A stretch of 64,000 bases of DNA from the human T2T-CHM13v2.0 reference genome, Homo sapiens: the NCBI RefSeq assembly GCF_009914755.1, contig NC_060933.1; one strand, 5' to 3'. Both the position numbers and the translations under genes were made by a program. Within the stretch, counting starts at the first letter, position 1; each line of letters starts with the position of its first letter. The notes below the pieces were generated by a model, which was not told the DNA's origin, made no database searches, and saw only the letters and a program-made list of their open reading frames with translations. Positions 34,409 to 54,825 of this stretch are shown here, piece by piece.

Positions 34409-34689
34409 GATGGAGTCTTGCTTTTGCTGCCCAGGTTAGAGTGCAATGGCGTGATCTCGGCTCACTGCACCCTCCACCTCCCACGTTTAAGCAAATATCC
34501 TGCCTCAGCCTCCTGAGTAACTGGGATTACAGGCATGCACCACCATGCCCAGCTAATTTTTGTATTTTTAGTAGAGATGGGGTTTCACCATGTTGGCCAG
34601 GCTGGCCTCGAACTCCTGACCTCAGGTGATCTGCCTGCCTCAGCCTCCCAAAGTGCTGGGATTACAGGTGTGAGCCACTGTGCCTGGCC
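34071..34689 (-). mobile_element. AluS including its expanded tail
   Basis: Perfect 16-bp TSD tggaaaacacattttc at 34055-34070 and 34690-34705. Confidence 0.96.
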
Positions 34690-35186
34690 TGGAAAACACA
34701 TTTTCAAATTGGCATTATCCAATCTGGTATTTTCAAATTGGTACTATCAATCTGTGTTCTCTGTATTATTTTTCTTTGGTGTTATAACTTTGCCATTAGT
34801 TCTACCAATCTGCTGTTCATCAGCTGCTGTCTCCTTAACTAGAATAGGGCTTCCTGTAGTTATCAACAGGTAAAACACATAACTGTCACATGCTTCCATA
34901 CTGCACACATTATGTTTGTTACTTCTAACATCTATATGTCAATTTTCTGCTGCTTCAATGTCATTTAAAAATGCATGGTCTACTCACACTTTGTTAAGGT
35001 GACACTTTGTGAAGGTTGTCATTAACCTGATGCTCACCAAAACTTAACTACAACTTGTGATTTCCCAGTTTAGATGTCTATCTGTAATGATATTCTTGGA
35101 GAGATTCTTTAACTCAAGTTTTCTAATGGCAAGCAAAGGAATCATTAAGAGTAACTGAACAGATAGTTAGAAATGGGAAGCATACT

Positions 35187-37639
<2,453 letters not shown>

Positions 37640-38304
37640 GGAAGCATATTCTAAACAGCAGATGGCAATTGATAGATGACATGTTTCTGGGGTTATTGTC
37701 TAATCCTACCTCAATGTGAATTTGTGAAGGTGTGGCTAAGGAAAATGGGTTTTTCTCAATAACCTCTGGATTCTTTTCTTTGATTGGCCCCTTCTTCTAC
37801 GACTCTTCTTTGTGTTTGTTCTGGGCTAGGTTTCTATTATTCTTGAGACCCATGTGTCCATATCTCAGCCACTGGCATTTCTGGTGGAGGTTTATGGCAT
37901 TACCTATCTCAGAGCCAGGGGAAGCCACTGCCCCCACAGACCCCGGAAACCTGGTGCATGGTACTGATGAACTAGGAGAGGCCGCTGTATCTAGGAATGC
38001 ACGGATGAGACCCACAGGAGACTCTGGCTTCCTCAGCGGTTGCCTCGAAGTGTTGGAAGCAGAATTGTGGAAGATGGGAAGTGGGTTGGGGAGAAGACAG
38101 GTGCATCGTCTGAAGACAGAAGAGTTTCATGTGGCCTCTCTGGAGATTGTCCACTAAGATCAAGCCACAAACTGCTTGCTGTGGAACCATGCCCTGCTGA
38201 GAACCCACCCGCGTGTGGCATCTTTCCCACCTCCTTCACTGTTACTCTGTTGGCACTACTTCCTTCCTTGGGAGTCTCCCTTAGAAATCCTCCTTGATTT
38301 TCTT

Positions 38305-38655
38305 TAATATTTATTTAGCAAATATTTCTTGAGCACTTCCTATGTGTCATGATGATGCTGGTTGTGGTTCCTTGTGGTTCGGTGGGTTTTACTAAGAAAT
38401 ATGACTGAAAAGTGTTGTTTTAAAAAATAATAATAATGATTTTAAAAAGCCAGGAAGGGATGCAGCCTGGTGATAAGAGTTTAAAAAGGCCCCTGTATCT
38501 GCCTTGTGGAGAGTGGATTGATGGGCAGGAGTGGAAATGGGGACCACCAATGGGACCTGAACAAGGGGAATGTGTCCATCAGGATGGGGAAGAGGGGATG
38601 AATTGACAATATACTCTGGAGATAGAAAAGATAATATTTGGTGATAGATTTAAAG
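38305..38655 (-). mobile_element. L2 fragments (continuing at about 39550-39665)
   Basis: atttatttagcaaatatttcttgagcacttcctatgtg; tgtggagagtggattg; gattcctgggtttgtgac. Confidence 0.6.
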
Positions 38656-38693
38656 CCAAAGGCTACTCTTTTTAGCTTCTTACTTTTTGTTGA

Positions 38694-39015
<322 letters not shown>

Positions 39016-39046
39016 TAACCCACATAGCTGAAGTGTGCTACTAAGT

Positions 39047-39548
39047 GTTATAACTTAGCTTTCACTAGTTTCCTTATAGATACCAGTTCTAATGTATGTA
39101 CTACCATGGTACCAGTTGCTTAAGTTGTTTTTCAGAAATGTCGGGCAGCTCTTGTGCAGTTTAAACTGGCTAGAACTGACCTTCTGACTGAGCCTGCATG
39201 ATTAACCTTTTGACATCAGAGAGCCCCAAACTCCACCCTCAGATCATGCTAACGCTTCCATATTCTGAACATGCTGTGAAGATCCATGGATCCCAACTAT
39301 GCTTGTGGAGATCATGAATTGCCTCATTTTTTTCCACTGCCAGTTGCCCTTCCCCACACCTTAGACCACCCAACTTCTCTAACCCTTAAATGTCCCTAAG
39401 TCTGATCTTCAGGGAGGCTGATATGAGAGCTCTTCTCCTGGCTCCTTGCTGGACTGTCCTGTGAATAAATTTTTTCTCTTTTGGCCAAACTCATCATCAT
39501 AGTGATTAGTTGACTGTACATGGGCAAAATGAGCCTGGTTCAGTATCA
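39047..39548 (+). mobile_element. Solo ERV LTR (LTR47/MER39-like, subfamily uncertain)
   Basis: TG...CA ends; aaactccaccctcagatcatgctaac; AATAAA followed by a U5-like end. Confidence 0.6.
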
Positions 39549-39676
39549 GACTGAATAAGTGGAGGAATGAGGAAAAGGAAGGCATTAACAGTGATTCCTG
39601 GGTTTGTGACGTGAGGAAATGGGGGTGGGGAGATTTACTGAGATAAGGGTGGGGTGGGGCATTGGAGGATGACCAG

Positions 39677-39984
39677 GTTTTTTTGTTTTTGTTTTTGTTT
39701 TTTAAATGGAGTTTCACTCTTGTTGCCCAGGCTGTAGTGCAATGGAGTGATCTCAGCTCATTGCAACCTCTGCCTCCTGGGTTCAAGCGATTGTCCTGCC
39801 TCAGCTTCCTGAGTAGCTGGGATTACAGGTGCCCGCCACCACGCCCGGCTAATTTTTGTAGCTTTAGTAGAGATGAGGTTTCACCATGTTGGCCAGGTTG
39901 GTCTCGAACTCTGGATCTCAGGCAATCTGCCCGCCTCAGCCTCCCAAAGTGCTAGGATTACAGGCATGAGCCACTGCGCCAGGC
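39677..39984 (-). mobile_element. AluSq/Sx-like
   Basis: TSD tgaccaggttttt. Confidence 0.96.
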
Positions 39985-40163
39985 AAGGGTGACCAGGTTT
40001 TTATGGTAAATTGGAATGGTTCAAACCTTTCAAGAACTTGAAGACGCATCACTAATTCATCTCTTAAAAATCCCCTTTTAGCTAAATAACCCTCTACCTC
40101 AAGACAAGGTTATTTTTCTACGTCTGTGTTGTTTTCGAGTTGACTGTTGTGTATTGGCGGTCA

Positions 40164-40539
<376 letters not shown>

Positions 40540-40748
40540 CTAGTAAGGAGTTCTGCTTTCAGTAGTGTATCTTTGGTTCATTCCATTTAAGTAATGTATT
40601 TTGGTTAACTTTTTGCACTTGTGAACTGAAGTTTATCTTTTATCATCACCAATAGTGTATTTTCTAGATCTCACACTTTTATTTTTCAGTACATAGACAC
40701 CAATTCTACTTACATTTTTACTTTTTAAATGGCCATTTCCCTTTCTCC

Positions 40749-41472
40749 TGAGCGGTGCAAGGTCAGAAATAAACAGGTCTGCACACATTTATATCTTTCC
40801 ATAATGTGAAACTTTTATTGATGCTATTTAATCACAAAAGCCATGAGCTACATGGAATTCCTAAGAAGCCAACTCTCCTTAGTACTTCACATTTACTTAG
40901 TTCTCAGAGCTGCGGGCACAGGCTCAAGCCACTCCACCAGTCAGTCAATATTACAAACCATACACAATAGTATACTTGATTAATATGTAAACATTATAGA
41001 TTAAACATTCCCCAACAAACGAAGTAACATTTAACATCAAGAGAAAAAGACGTAGGAAAAAAATCGTTAATGAACCATTCTTCATTAACTAGGGAGAGTG
41101 ACTAAGACAGAAAGAATCTTGTGGTGTGAGCCAGGCTGTCTGACTCTCTTGCATGGAAGGGTCTTTGATGCTGGCAGAACCTTCAGTGGCAGATGCCAAG
41201 TACTCATCATGAGTGACAGGAAGACAGTGTCAGCTAAGATGGCCATTTCGAGCTGCTGAAGCCCTTCTCTTTTTATGGCCACAGAGTTCTCTGGTGAGGA
41301 CTGATAATGGAAGGGTGTGCTTGTTTACATCCTTATCTGGTTGGATGCGGTCTTTATTATACATTTATTTATTAAGCAAAACATCTAGTTTCTGTTGGCA
41401 AAGTGCCCAATGAAATGTAAGATGGAGTCTTTTTCTAAGATGGAGTTACTTATGTCAAGGGTGCTCTATACA
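40749..41472 (-). mobile_element. MER72-like solo LTR (ERV1)
   Basis: Reverse complement starts tgtatagagcacccttgacataagtaactccatcttagaaaaagactccatctt; left boundary approximate. Confidence 0.65.
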
Positions 41473-42146
41473 CCCTTCATTCAACAGAAAGCACGTGCAT
41501 AAAAAGGAACACAGATCTTAACTGTAAGCAATTTGATGGAGACATTTTCTGGAGGAACTAAGGGAATAATTCAGGGGGGATGTTGTTCTGGAAAACTACA
41601 CAATTTTTATTTCTTTAAATATTGGTTGTCAAGGAAAGTTTCATAAATCATTGGTTAATATTTGAAGACAAATATGGAATTAGATTGAAATGCTTTCCAC
41701 AGAAATATCCCAGCTGTTTCCCAACAGAACCTCAGAGCTTCACTTTCAGTCAGGACTGGGATTGGACAATATCCATTTTAGAACAAATATTCTCCCATGC
41801 CAACATTTCTGTGGCTGGAAAAGTCAAGAGAGAAATTTAGAACAGCTTTATTGTACTAGTTCAGTAATTTCCAGTACTAGTTCAGGAGTCACACTCGAAG
41901 ATAACAACAGAATAATTCTAATTCAGGATATCCTTGGCAAATAATCATTTGGAATTTACTCCTAGAAATTTCTCTGGACCTCACTAGATTTTCCTAACTC
42001 TATATGTTTCTGACTTTCTGTGACTATCATTTGTCTGAACCTTGTGTTCTTGATGAGTACCCATTGATGAGAATCAAAAAACAAATCAGAATTTTACTGA
42101 GGTTGAAATCTTACTGATGAGCCTTATATCTGAGAAGGGAGATTAG

Positions 42147-42497
<351 letters not shown>

Positions 42498-43165
42498 TCC
42501 TTCCCATTTTTAGATGGAAAAGAAGACTGGCAACGGTTTTTCTTTGGTAGAATGTTAATGTTTTCCTTTGATGTAAGCTTGGTGTTTGGAACGGGGAGCC
42601 AAGATCTGCAGTTTTAGGTTTGAAATCTACTCTGTGGCTCACGGCCAGTTAGTTCATATCTTGACTTTGGGATTCTGAACTTTAAATGAAGTACAGAAAT
42701 TTCTTTCTTCCCTGGGGTGAAGGGCTATTGTAGAGCTTAATTAATTTGTAACTTGTAATGTGCTTTGAAGAATAAAAGGACTTTATAAAAATACTAAACA
42801 TTATAGTAATTACAACTTCTGTGTTTGTAAGCAAACTATTTTGTAAGCAAACTATTAAGACAATTGAGGCCATTTATACATCAAAAATAAAGTGAAGATT
42901 TGGCCATGTTCCAGGTGAGTTGATAAATGTAGACAGCTGAAAGATAGTTCATTATATAAAGTGAACTTTTTCCCCCTGGAGGAGGAGGTGCTCTTGAGCC
43001 AGTTTCTCTGTCTGCAGGATTCAGATGGACTGAATGACTGTTACATCTTCACTTTTATTTTGTAGATGCAACTTCTACAAGTGTGGCAAATGGTTTCAAT
43101 TTGTTTATTTTTGAATAAATAGAAATAGGTGCTTCTACAGACAAAGTTGAGTGTTGGCAAGGATT

Positions 43166-43259
43166 AGGATTGCCAGATGAAATACAGGCAGCTTAGTTTA
43201 ATTTGAATTTCAGATAAACAACACATAATGTTTTAGTGTACATATGTCCCCTGCAATAT
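43166..43259 (+). mobile_element. MER53 (hAT MITE), left half
   Basis: ttgccagatgaaatacagg...tttgaatttcagataaacaac...atgtcccctgcaatat. Confidence 0.75.
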
Positions 43260-43260
43260 A

Positions 43261-43970
<710 letters not shown>

Positions 43971-44901
43971 ATAAATTTAGGTTTCGCGAGGAAAATTTGA
44001 GAAATAATGTACTATATACATATATATACACACATATAGATGTATATTCATATATTGTCCATTTTATTATTATATGTGCCTATTTAATCTAGGAAATTAA
44101 GATCTCTAACCTGAAGGCTATGTTTAGTATCATATTATTTGCTCTTAGACAAATACTTTGAATGCACAAAAACTAAGATTTTTGGCTTTAATTATTTATT
44201 CATATTTTCATTTGTTTACATACTGAGTAATTTTTTACTGCTTGGTGGGGACTGCATGACACAATGATTATCACATTTTATTACAAATATTAATGAAGTT
44301 TGCTTTTTTAAATTACTTGAGTAGGAGTAATAGAACTGGATTAACCAATTAATTCAAAGTAAATAACTACTTTTTAAAAAGGAAGAAAATATAATAGGTT
44401 TTTATTTAAAAAGTAACTGTTTACCAAATTAAGACTTCTATTGATGACAGTTAAAAATGTGAACTCTGCTGTGGGGGCCAAGTATTACCAAATGTTGCCA
44501 TTAACCATCAAACACCAAATGTCTAGTATGTGAATAACCAGTTGTGTGGGGGTTGTCTAGCACTTTTAAGATAAACACAGAAAACAGCCTGGTGATTTTT
44601 TAAATGAACTTGACCAGTAAAAATAGAAAAGAAAGTCTACCAAATCAAATATTTGTAAAATAAACATATGTAAATATATGTCAACTTTGAAAGACTTAAT
44701 ACTATATTCATTGAGAAAATATATAAGATGAATATGGGAAAGAATTTTCAAGTGAAGATCATTTTATCTTGGCCATGGTACAATTAGTAGTGTAGTTGTA
44801 GTCCTTAATTGGTATTTAGATTTATTAATTATAATGGAAGTATAAGGTGTGTGGTTTGCAAAATAAGCACTCTAGAATTCACACATTAAAACGCTTGTTT
44901 A

Positions 44902-45982
44902 GGCAACAAAAGCAAAAATAAATAAGTGGGAGTACGTCAAACCAAAAAGCTCTGCACGCTCTGCACAGAAAGGAAACAATCAAAAGTGAAAAGGCAACTT
45001 AGGGAATGAGAGAATACATTTGCAATCCATATATCTGATAAGGGGTTAATACCAAAAATATATAAGGAATCATACAACTCAGTAGCAAAAAAGCCCGAAA
45101 TAATCCAATTAAAAAATGGGCAAGGGACCTGAACAGACATTTTCCAAAGAAGACATACAGATGGCCAATAGGTATATGAAAAGGTGCTCAATATTACTAA
45201 TTATCAGGGAAATGCAAATCAAAACCACAATGAGATATCATCTCATACCCGTTAGGATGGCTATTATCACAAAGACAAGACAGTAAGTGTTGGCAAGGAT
45301 GTGGAGAAAAGGTAGGACTGTAAATTGGTATAGTAATTATAAAAAACAGTATAGAGGTTCCTCAAAAAACTAGAAATAGAGCTCTGTATGATCTAGCAAT
45401 TCCACTTGTGGGTATACAGCCAATGGAAATGAAATCAGTATGTTGAAGAGATAGCTGCACTCCCATGTTCATTTCAGCATTATTTATAATTGCCAACATA
45501 TGGAGATGACCTAAGTGTCTGTTGATATATAGAGAGATAATGAAAATGTGGTATATGTATGCTGGACTATTATTCAGCCATAAAAAGAAGGAAATATTGC
45601 CATTTGTGATAACATGGGTGAATCTGGAGGACATTATGCTAAGTGAAATAAGCAAGACACAGAAAGACAAATATCACATGATCTCACTTATAAGTAGAGT
45701 CTAAAAAGTTGAGCTCATGGAAACAGAGAGTAGAATAGTGGTTGCCAGGGGCTGGGGCTTGGGGAAATGGAGAGATGTTCATCAAAGGGAGATGCTGATC
45801 AAATTTTAGGGACCGAATGTACAGTATGGTAACTATCATCGACAATACTGTATTGTTTACTTGAAATTTGCTAAGAGAGTAGATCTTAAGTGTTCTTACC
45901 ACATGTACTGAGAAAAGTAACTATGTGAAATGGTGTATATGTATACCCAAATATCACATTGTACACTGTAAATACATACCAT
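44902..45982 (+). mobile_element. L1MA-type 3' region; its last ~55 bp resume at about 52420-52471, after the nested L1PA
   Basis: ORF2 C-terminal/3' UTR motifs such as gaaatttgctaagagagtagatcttaagtgttct. Confidence 0.88.
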
Positions 45983-46928
45983 GTTTATTTATTTATTTTT
46001 ATTACACTTTAAGTTCTAGGGTATATGTGCACAACGTGCAGGTTTGTTACTTATGTATACATGTGCCATGTTGGTGTGCTGCACCCATTAACTCGTCATT
46101 TGCATTAGGTATATCTCCTAATGCTATCCCTCCCCCCTACCCCTACCCCACGACAGGCCCCAGTGTGTGATGTTCCCCACCCTGTGTCCATGTGTTCTTA
46201 TTGTTCAGTTCCCACCTATGAGTGAGAACATGTGGTGTTTGGTTTTCTGTCCTTGCGATAGTTTGCTGAGAATGATGGTTTCCAGCTTCATCCATGTCAC
46301 TAAAAAGGACATGAACTCATCCTTTTTTATGGCTGCATAGTATTCTATGGTGTATATGTGCCATATTTTCTTAATCCAGTCTATCATTGATGGACATTTG
46401 GGTTGGTTCCAGGTCTTTGCTATTGTGAATAGTGCCACAATAAACATATGTGTGCATGTGTCTTTATAGCAGCATGATTTATAATCCTTTGGGTATATAC
46501 CCAGTAATGGGATGGCTGGGTCAAATGGTATTTCTAGTTCTAGATCCTTGAAGAATCACCACACTGTCTTCCACAATGGTTGTACTAGTTTATAGTCCCA
46601 CTAACAGTGTAAAAGTGTGCCTATTTCTCCACATCCTCTTCAGCACCTGTTGTTTCCTGACTTTTTAATGATCGCCATTCTAACTGGTGTGAGATGGTAT
46701 CTCATTATGGTTTTGATTTGCATTTCTCTGATGGCCAGTGATGATGAGCATTTTTTCATGTGTCTTTTGGCTGCATAAATGTCTTCTTTTGAGAAGTGTC
46801 TGTTCATATCCTTTGCCCACTTGTTGATGGTGTTGTTTTTTTCTTGTAAATTTGTTTGAGTTCTTTGTGGATTCTGGATATTAGCCCTTTGTCAGATGGG
46901 TAGATTGTAAAAATTTTCTCCCATTCTG

Positions 46929-47410
<482 letters not shown>

Positions 47411-47476
47411 TCATTTCTTGTTTTTGTCAGGTTTGTCAAAGATCAGATGGTTGTAGATGTGTGGTATTATTTCTTA

Positions 47477-48334
<858 letters not shown>

Positions 48335-49289
48335 AGACCGTTGGGTTTTCTAATTATAAATCATGTCATCTGCAAACAGGGGCAATTTGACTTCCTCTTT
48401 TCCTAATTGAATATCCTTTATTTCTTTCTCCTGCCTGACTGCCCTGGTCAGCACTTCCAACACTATGTTGAATAGGAGTGGTGAGAGAGGGCATCCCTGT
48501 CTTGTGCCAGTTTTCAAAGGAAATGCTTCCAGTTTTTGCCCATTCAGTATGATACTGGCTGTGGGTTTGTCATAAAAAGCTCTTATTATTTTGAGATACA
48601 TCCCATCAATACCTAGTTTATTGAGAGTTGTTAGCATGAAGGGCTGTTGAATTTTGTCGAAGGCCTTTACTGCATCTATTGAGAAAATCATGTGGTTTTT
48701 GTCTTTGGTTCTGTTTATATGCTGGATTACGTTTATTGATTTGCGTATGGTGAACCAGCCTTGCATCCCAGGGATGAAGCCCACTTGATCATGATGGATA
48801 AGCTTTTTGATGTGCTGCTGGATTCGGTTTGCCAGTATTTTCTTGAGGATTTTTGCATCAATGTTCATCAGGGATATTGGTCTAAAATTCTCTTTTTTTG
48901 TTGTGTCTCTGCCAGGCTTTGGTATCAGGATGATGCTGGCCTCATAAAATGAGTTAGGGAGGATTCCGTTTTTTATTATTGATTGGAATAGTTTCAGAAG
49001 GAATGATACCAGCTCCTGTTTGTACCTCTGGTAGAATTTGGCTGTGAATCCGTCTGGTCCTGGACTTTTTTGGCTTGCTAGGCTATTAATTATTGCCTCT
49101 ATTTCAGAGCCTGTTATTGGTCTATTCAGGGATTCAACATCTTCCTGGTTTAGTCTTGGAAGGGTGTATGTGTCCAGGAATTTATCCATTTCTTCTAGAT
49201 TTTCTAGTTTATTTGCATAGAGATATTTATAGTATTCTCTGATGGTAGTTTGTATTTCTGTGGGATCGGTGGTGATATCCCCTTTATCA

Positions 49290-49580
<291 letters not shown>

Positions 49581-49583
49581 CTA

Positions 49584-49709
<126 letters not shown>

Positions 49710-50559
49710 TCAGTAGTCATTCAGGAGCAGGTTATTCAGTTTCCATGTAGTTTAGTGGTTTTGAGTGAGTTTCTTAATCCTGAGTTCTAATTTGGTTGCA
49801 CTGTGGTCTGAGAGACAGTTTGTTATAATTTCTGTTCTTTTACATTTGCTGAGGAGTGCTTTACTTCCAACTATGTGGTCAATTGTGGAATAAGTGCGAT
49901 GTGGTGCTGAGAAGAATGTATATCTGTTGATTTGGGGTGGAGAGTTCTGTAGATGTCTATTAGGTCTGCTTGGTGCAGAGGTGAGTTCAATTCCTGGATA
50001 TCCTTTTAACTTTCTGTCTCGTTGATCTGTCTAATGTTGACAGTGGGGTGTTAAAGTCTCCCATTATTATTGTGTGGGAGTCTAAGTCTCTCTGTAGGTC
50101 TCTAAGGACTTGCTTTATGAATCTGGGTGCTCCTATATTGGGTGCATATATATTTAGGATAGTTAGCTCTTCTTATTGAATTGATCCCTTTACCATTATG
50201 TAATGGCCTTGTCTCTTTTGATCTTTGTTGGTTTAAATTCTGTTTTATCAGAGACTAGGATTGCAACCCCTGCTTTTTTTTTTGTTTTCCATTTGCTTGA
50301 TAGATCTTCCTCCATCCCTTTATTTTGAGCCTATGTGTGTCTCTGCACGTGAGATTGGTCTCCTGAATATAGCACACTGATGGGTCTTGACTCTTTATCC
50401 AATTTGCCAGTCTGCATCTTTTAATTGGAGCATTTAGCCTATTTACGTTTAAGGTTAATATTGTTATGTGTAAATTTGATCCTATCATTATGATGTTAGC
50501 TGGCTATTTTGCTCACTAGTTGATGTAGTTTCTTCCTAGCTTTGATGGTCTTTACAATT

Positions 50560-51575
50560 TGGCATGTTTTTGCAGTGGCTGGTACCGGTTGTTCCTTTCC
50601 ATGTTTAGTGCCTCCTTCAGGAACTCTTGTAAGGCAGGCCTGGTGGTGACAATCTCTGAGCATTTGCTTGTCTGTAAAGGAGTTTATTTCTCCTTCACTT
50701 ATGAAGCTTAGTTTGGCTGGATATGAAATTCTGGGTTGAAAATTCTTTTCTTTAAGAATGTTGAATGTTGGCCCCCACTTTCTTCTGGCTTGTAGAGTTT
50801 CTGCCGAGGGATCTGCTGTTAGTCTGATGGGCTTCCCTTTATGGGTAAGCTTACTTTTCTCTCTGGCTGCGCTTAACATTTTTCCCTTCATTTCAACTTT
50901 GGTGAGTCTCACAATTACGTGTCTTGGAGTTGCTCTTCTCGAGGAGAATCTTTGTGGCGTTCTCTGTATTTCCTGAAATTGAATGTTGGCCTGCCTTGCT
51001 AGATTGGGGAAGTTCTCCTGGATAATACCCTGTAGAGTGTTTTCCAACTTGTTTCCATTCTCCCTGTCACTTTCAGGTACACCAATTAGACGTAGATTTG
51101 GTCTTTTCACATAGTCCCATATTTCTTGGAGGCTTTGTTCATTTCTTTCTACTCTTTTTTCTCTAAACTTCTCTTTTTGTTTCATTTCATTCATTTGATC
51201 TTCAATCACTGATATCCTTTCTTCCACTTGATCGAATCAGCTACTGAAGCTTGTGCATGCATCATGTAGTTCTCATGCCATGGTTTTCAGCTCCATCAGG
51301 TCATTTAAGGTCTTCTCTACACTCTTTAGTCTAGTTAGCCATTCATCTGATCTTTCTTCAAGGTTTCTAGCTTCTTCGCAATGGGTTTGAACATCTTCTT
51401 TTAGCTCGGAGAAGTATGTTATTACTGATCGTCTGAGGCCTACTTCTGTCAACTTGTCAAAGTCATTCTCCGTCCAGCTTTGTTCTATTGCTGGTGAGGA
51501 GCTGCATTCCTTTGGATGAGAAGAGGCACTCTGATTTTTAGAATTTTTAGCTTTTCTGCTCTGTTTTTTCCCCAT
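50560..51575 (-). pseudogene. Disrupted L1 ORF1p
   Basis: MGKKQSRKAKNSKNQSAS... and ...QSLQEIWDYVKRPNLRLIGVPE...NFQPRISYPAKLSF, split by a stop/frameshifts. Confidence 0.95.
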
Positions 51576-53134
51576 CTTTGTGGTTTTATCTACCTTTGGT
51601 CTTCGATGATGGTGACATACAGATAGGGTTTTGGTGCAGATGTCCTTTCTGTTTGTTAGTTTTCCTTCTAATATTCAGGACTCTCAGCTGCAGGTCTGTT
51701 GGAGTTTGCTGGAGGTCCATTCCAGACCCTGTTTGCCTGGGTATCACGAGTGGAGGCTGCAAAACAGCAAATATTGCAGAGCAGCAAATGTTGCTACCTG
51801 ATCCTTCTTCTGGAAGCTTCGTCTCAGTGGGGCACCCAGCTATATGAGGTGTCAGTCGGCCCCTACTGGGAGGTGTCTCCCAGTTAGGCTACTTGGGGTG
51901 CAGGGACCCACTTGAGGAGGCAGTCTGTCTGTTCTCAGATCTCAAACTCAGTGCTGGGAGAACCACTACTCTCTTCAAAGCTGTCAATCAGGGACATTTA
52001 AGTCTGCAGAAGTTTCTGCTGCCTTTTGTTCATCTATGCCCTGCCCCCAGAGGTGGAGTCTACAGAGGCAGGCAGGCCTCCGAGCCATGCACAGGATATA
52101 ATCTCCTGGTGTGCTATTTGCTAAGACCTTTGGGAAAGCACAGTATTAGGGTGGGAGTGTCCTGATTTTCCAGGTACCGTCTGTCATGGCTTCCCTTGGC
52201 TAGGAAAGGGAATTCCCCAAACCCTTGTGCTTCCTGGGTGAGACGATGCCTTGCCCTGCTTCGGCTCACACTCTGTGGGCTGCACCCACTGTCCAACCAG
52301 CCCCAGTGAGATGAACCTGGTACCACAACTGGAAATGAGGAAATCACCTGTCTTCTGTGTCGCTCACGCTGGGAGCTGTAGACTGGAGCTGTTCCTATTT
52401 GGCCATCTTGGACAAAAATCCATACATACAATTTTTATTTGTCAGTTATACTTCAATACAGCTGGAAAAAATATACGTTCACCTTGGAAGACCATTTATG
52501 TATTTTAAAATGCAGATTTGTTCCAAGAATTTTTGGTATTTCTTCTTTACATTTTTTTCTACTGAATATCCTTGATTGGTGGTCAATTTTCATATTTAGA
52601 AGCCTCTTTTGTTTTCGAGAACAACCAAGACTCATTTAGAACCAAGTTTGGTAAATGAGAGGGTAATTAAGCCCAATAATACTGTATTTAGACAAAGAGG
52701 GAAGTGATTACAGAGTAATGAGATCTTATCCTAGGTGCCTTGTAAATGAACTTTAAAGCAGTTTTAAACATAATGTTCCATATATGTGCATTGAAAGCAC
52801 CAATGATATAGTATCCTATCATTAGGATATAGTATCAAATGATGGCTTCCTAGTAGATGACACTTATTTGAGTGGCTGTGGTCTGCTCAGCTGTTGAGAC
52901 AGCTGTACTGACTTTTAGTCACCATCTAGTCCACCTCTCATGGTTACACAGTGATCCAGTCCAACACGTCATGGTTTAGTTGTACGCCCCTCTCTAGGTC
53001 TGTGATTTCAGGATTCAAATTTCCCTGACATTCCTTTATTTGAAGCTGACACTAATAGCAACATTATTTCCAAATGAGAAATATTGTAAACAATCAAAAT
53101 ATGTTCCACGTTCCTCAAATCAGATGATCGTAGT

Positions 53135-53385
53135 TTTTGGGAGAGTCAGGTAGAACTGTGTGACTAAACATATACACAGGCTTCAAAAATAGGCCAATCA
53201 TTGAATCTTGGCTGAGACGCTAACTAGCTGCATTTCTTCAGGCAATTTACTTAACCTCTCTAGCCTTGTTTTCCTCATAAAATGGGGACAATAACATCTT
53301 ATGCTTTATAAGGATGGTTATGTGTAAAAAAGGCAATAATGATAAGGCACTTAATAATAGTGCCCATTCTGAGGAAGGCACCCAA
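53135..53385 (+). mobile_element. MIR
   Basis: ggcaatttacttaacctctc...ttcctcataaaatggggacaataa. Confidence 0.7.
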
Positions 53386-53993
53386 TACAACAAGCAGTAC
53401 ATTGAAAAATCCAGTGAAACAACAGCTTGTTTATGTCTGAAATCCTTAAACCTTTCTCTCATTGGCAGTTTTAGCCATAGATATCATTACGCTCTGGGTC
53501 AAGTAGAGGGTATATTTTACAGACTGGGTTGGGAAAATAGAACATAAATTTGCTGGTGCCAAGTTCTAAACACATTCACACAGTGTGGTAAACCAACCTC
53601 TTACTTTCATTCACTTACATGTGGCTAGCTGGAGCTAGTACTGGGAGCCTTGCTTTTTTGGTGTTGAATTCCATGAAATGAAAGAGTCAGACTGAAGTGG
53701 CACCTTCACTATCAAATGTGCCTACCGTGGGCCAGTCGGTCTGTGGTGACCTTGCCTGTGATCTTTCAACTTTGTCTCATTGTGGATCATCTCAAGTCCA
53801 CCTTTAGGATAAACCTGTATGCAGGACTGTGCACGCATGTGCATGCCAATATTAAGAGACATGAGGACGGGGAATTCAGAACTGCAGCAATGGGTGGAGC
53901 AGGAGTAGTGACTGTAGAGGAGATTTCATTGCCACCCTTACATACAAGACACTCACTACTCTCTTAGTTCCAGCCTTCTCAGACAAAAGCAGA

Positions 53994-54651
<658 letters not shown>

Positions 54652-54709
54652 TCAACTCTATCTGGGAAGCAATTATGCTGGGAAGACATTACATTGATGT
54701 GTACAATGA

Positions 54710-54825
54710 GTGAAATCTACTCAGCTCACTGGCTGTGTCACCTTAGGCAAATGATGTCATTGTGTATAAAATGGGACTAAAAACTTACTTCTTAGGATTG
54801 TTGTGAGGATTAAATGAGACAAGCC
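54710..54825 (+). mobile_element. MIR fragment
   Basis: gctgtgtcaccttaggcaaat...taggattgttgtgaggattaaatgaga. Confidence 0.7.

Noticed and set aside
37732-38297. Overlapping ORFs on both strands suggesting a pseudogene or exon
   Set aside because: No recognisable protein, poly(A) or TSD; it resembles an old ERVL-type LTR relic that I could not assign
42826-42857. Short tandem duplications and hairpins (tttgtaagcaaactat x2 here; similar near 5074-5112, 21300-21323, 41066-41089, 52805-52836)
   Set aside because: Common slippage or fold-back products with no sign of function
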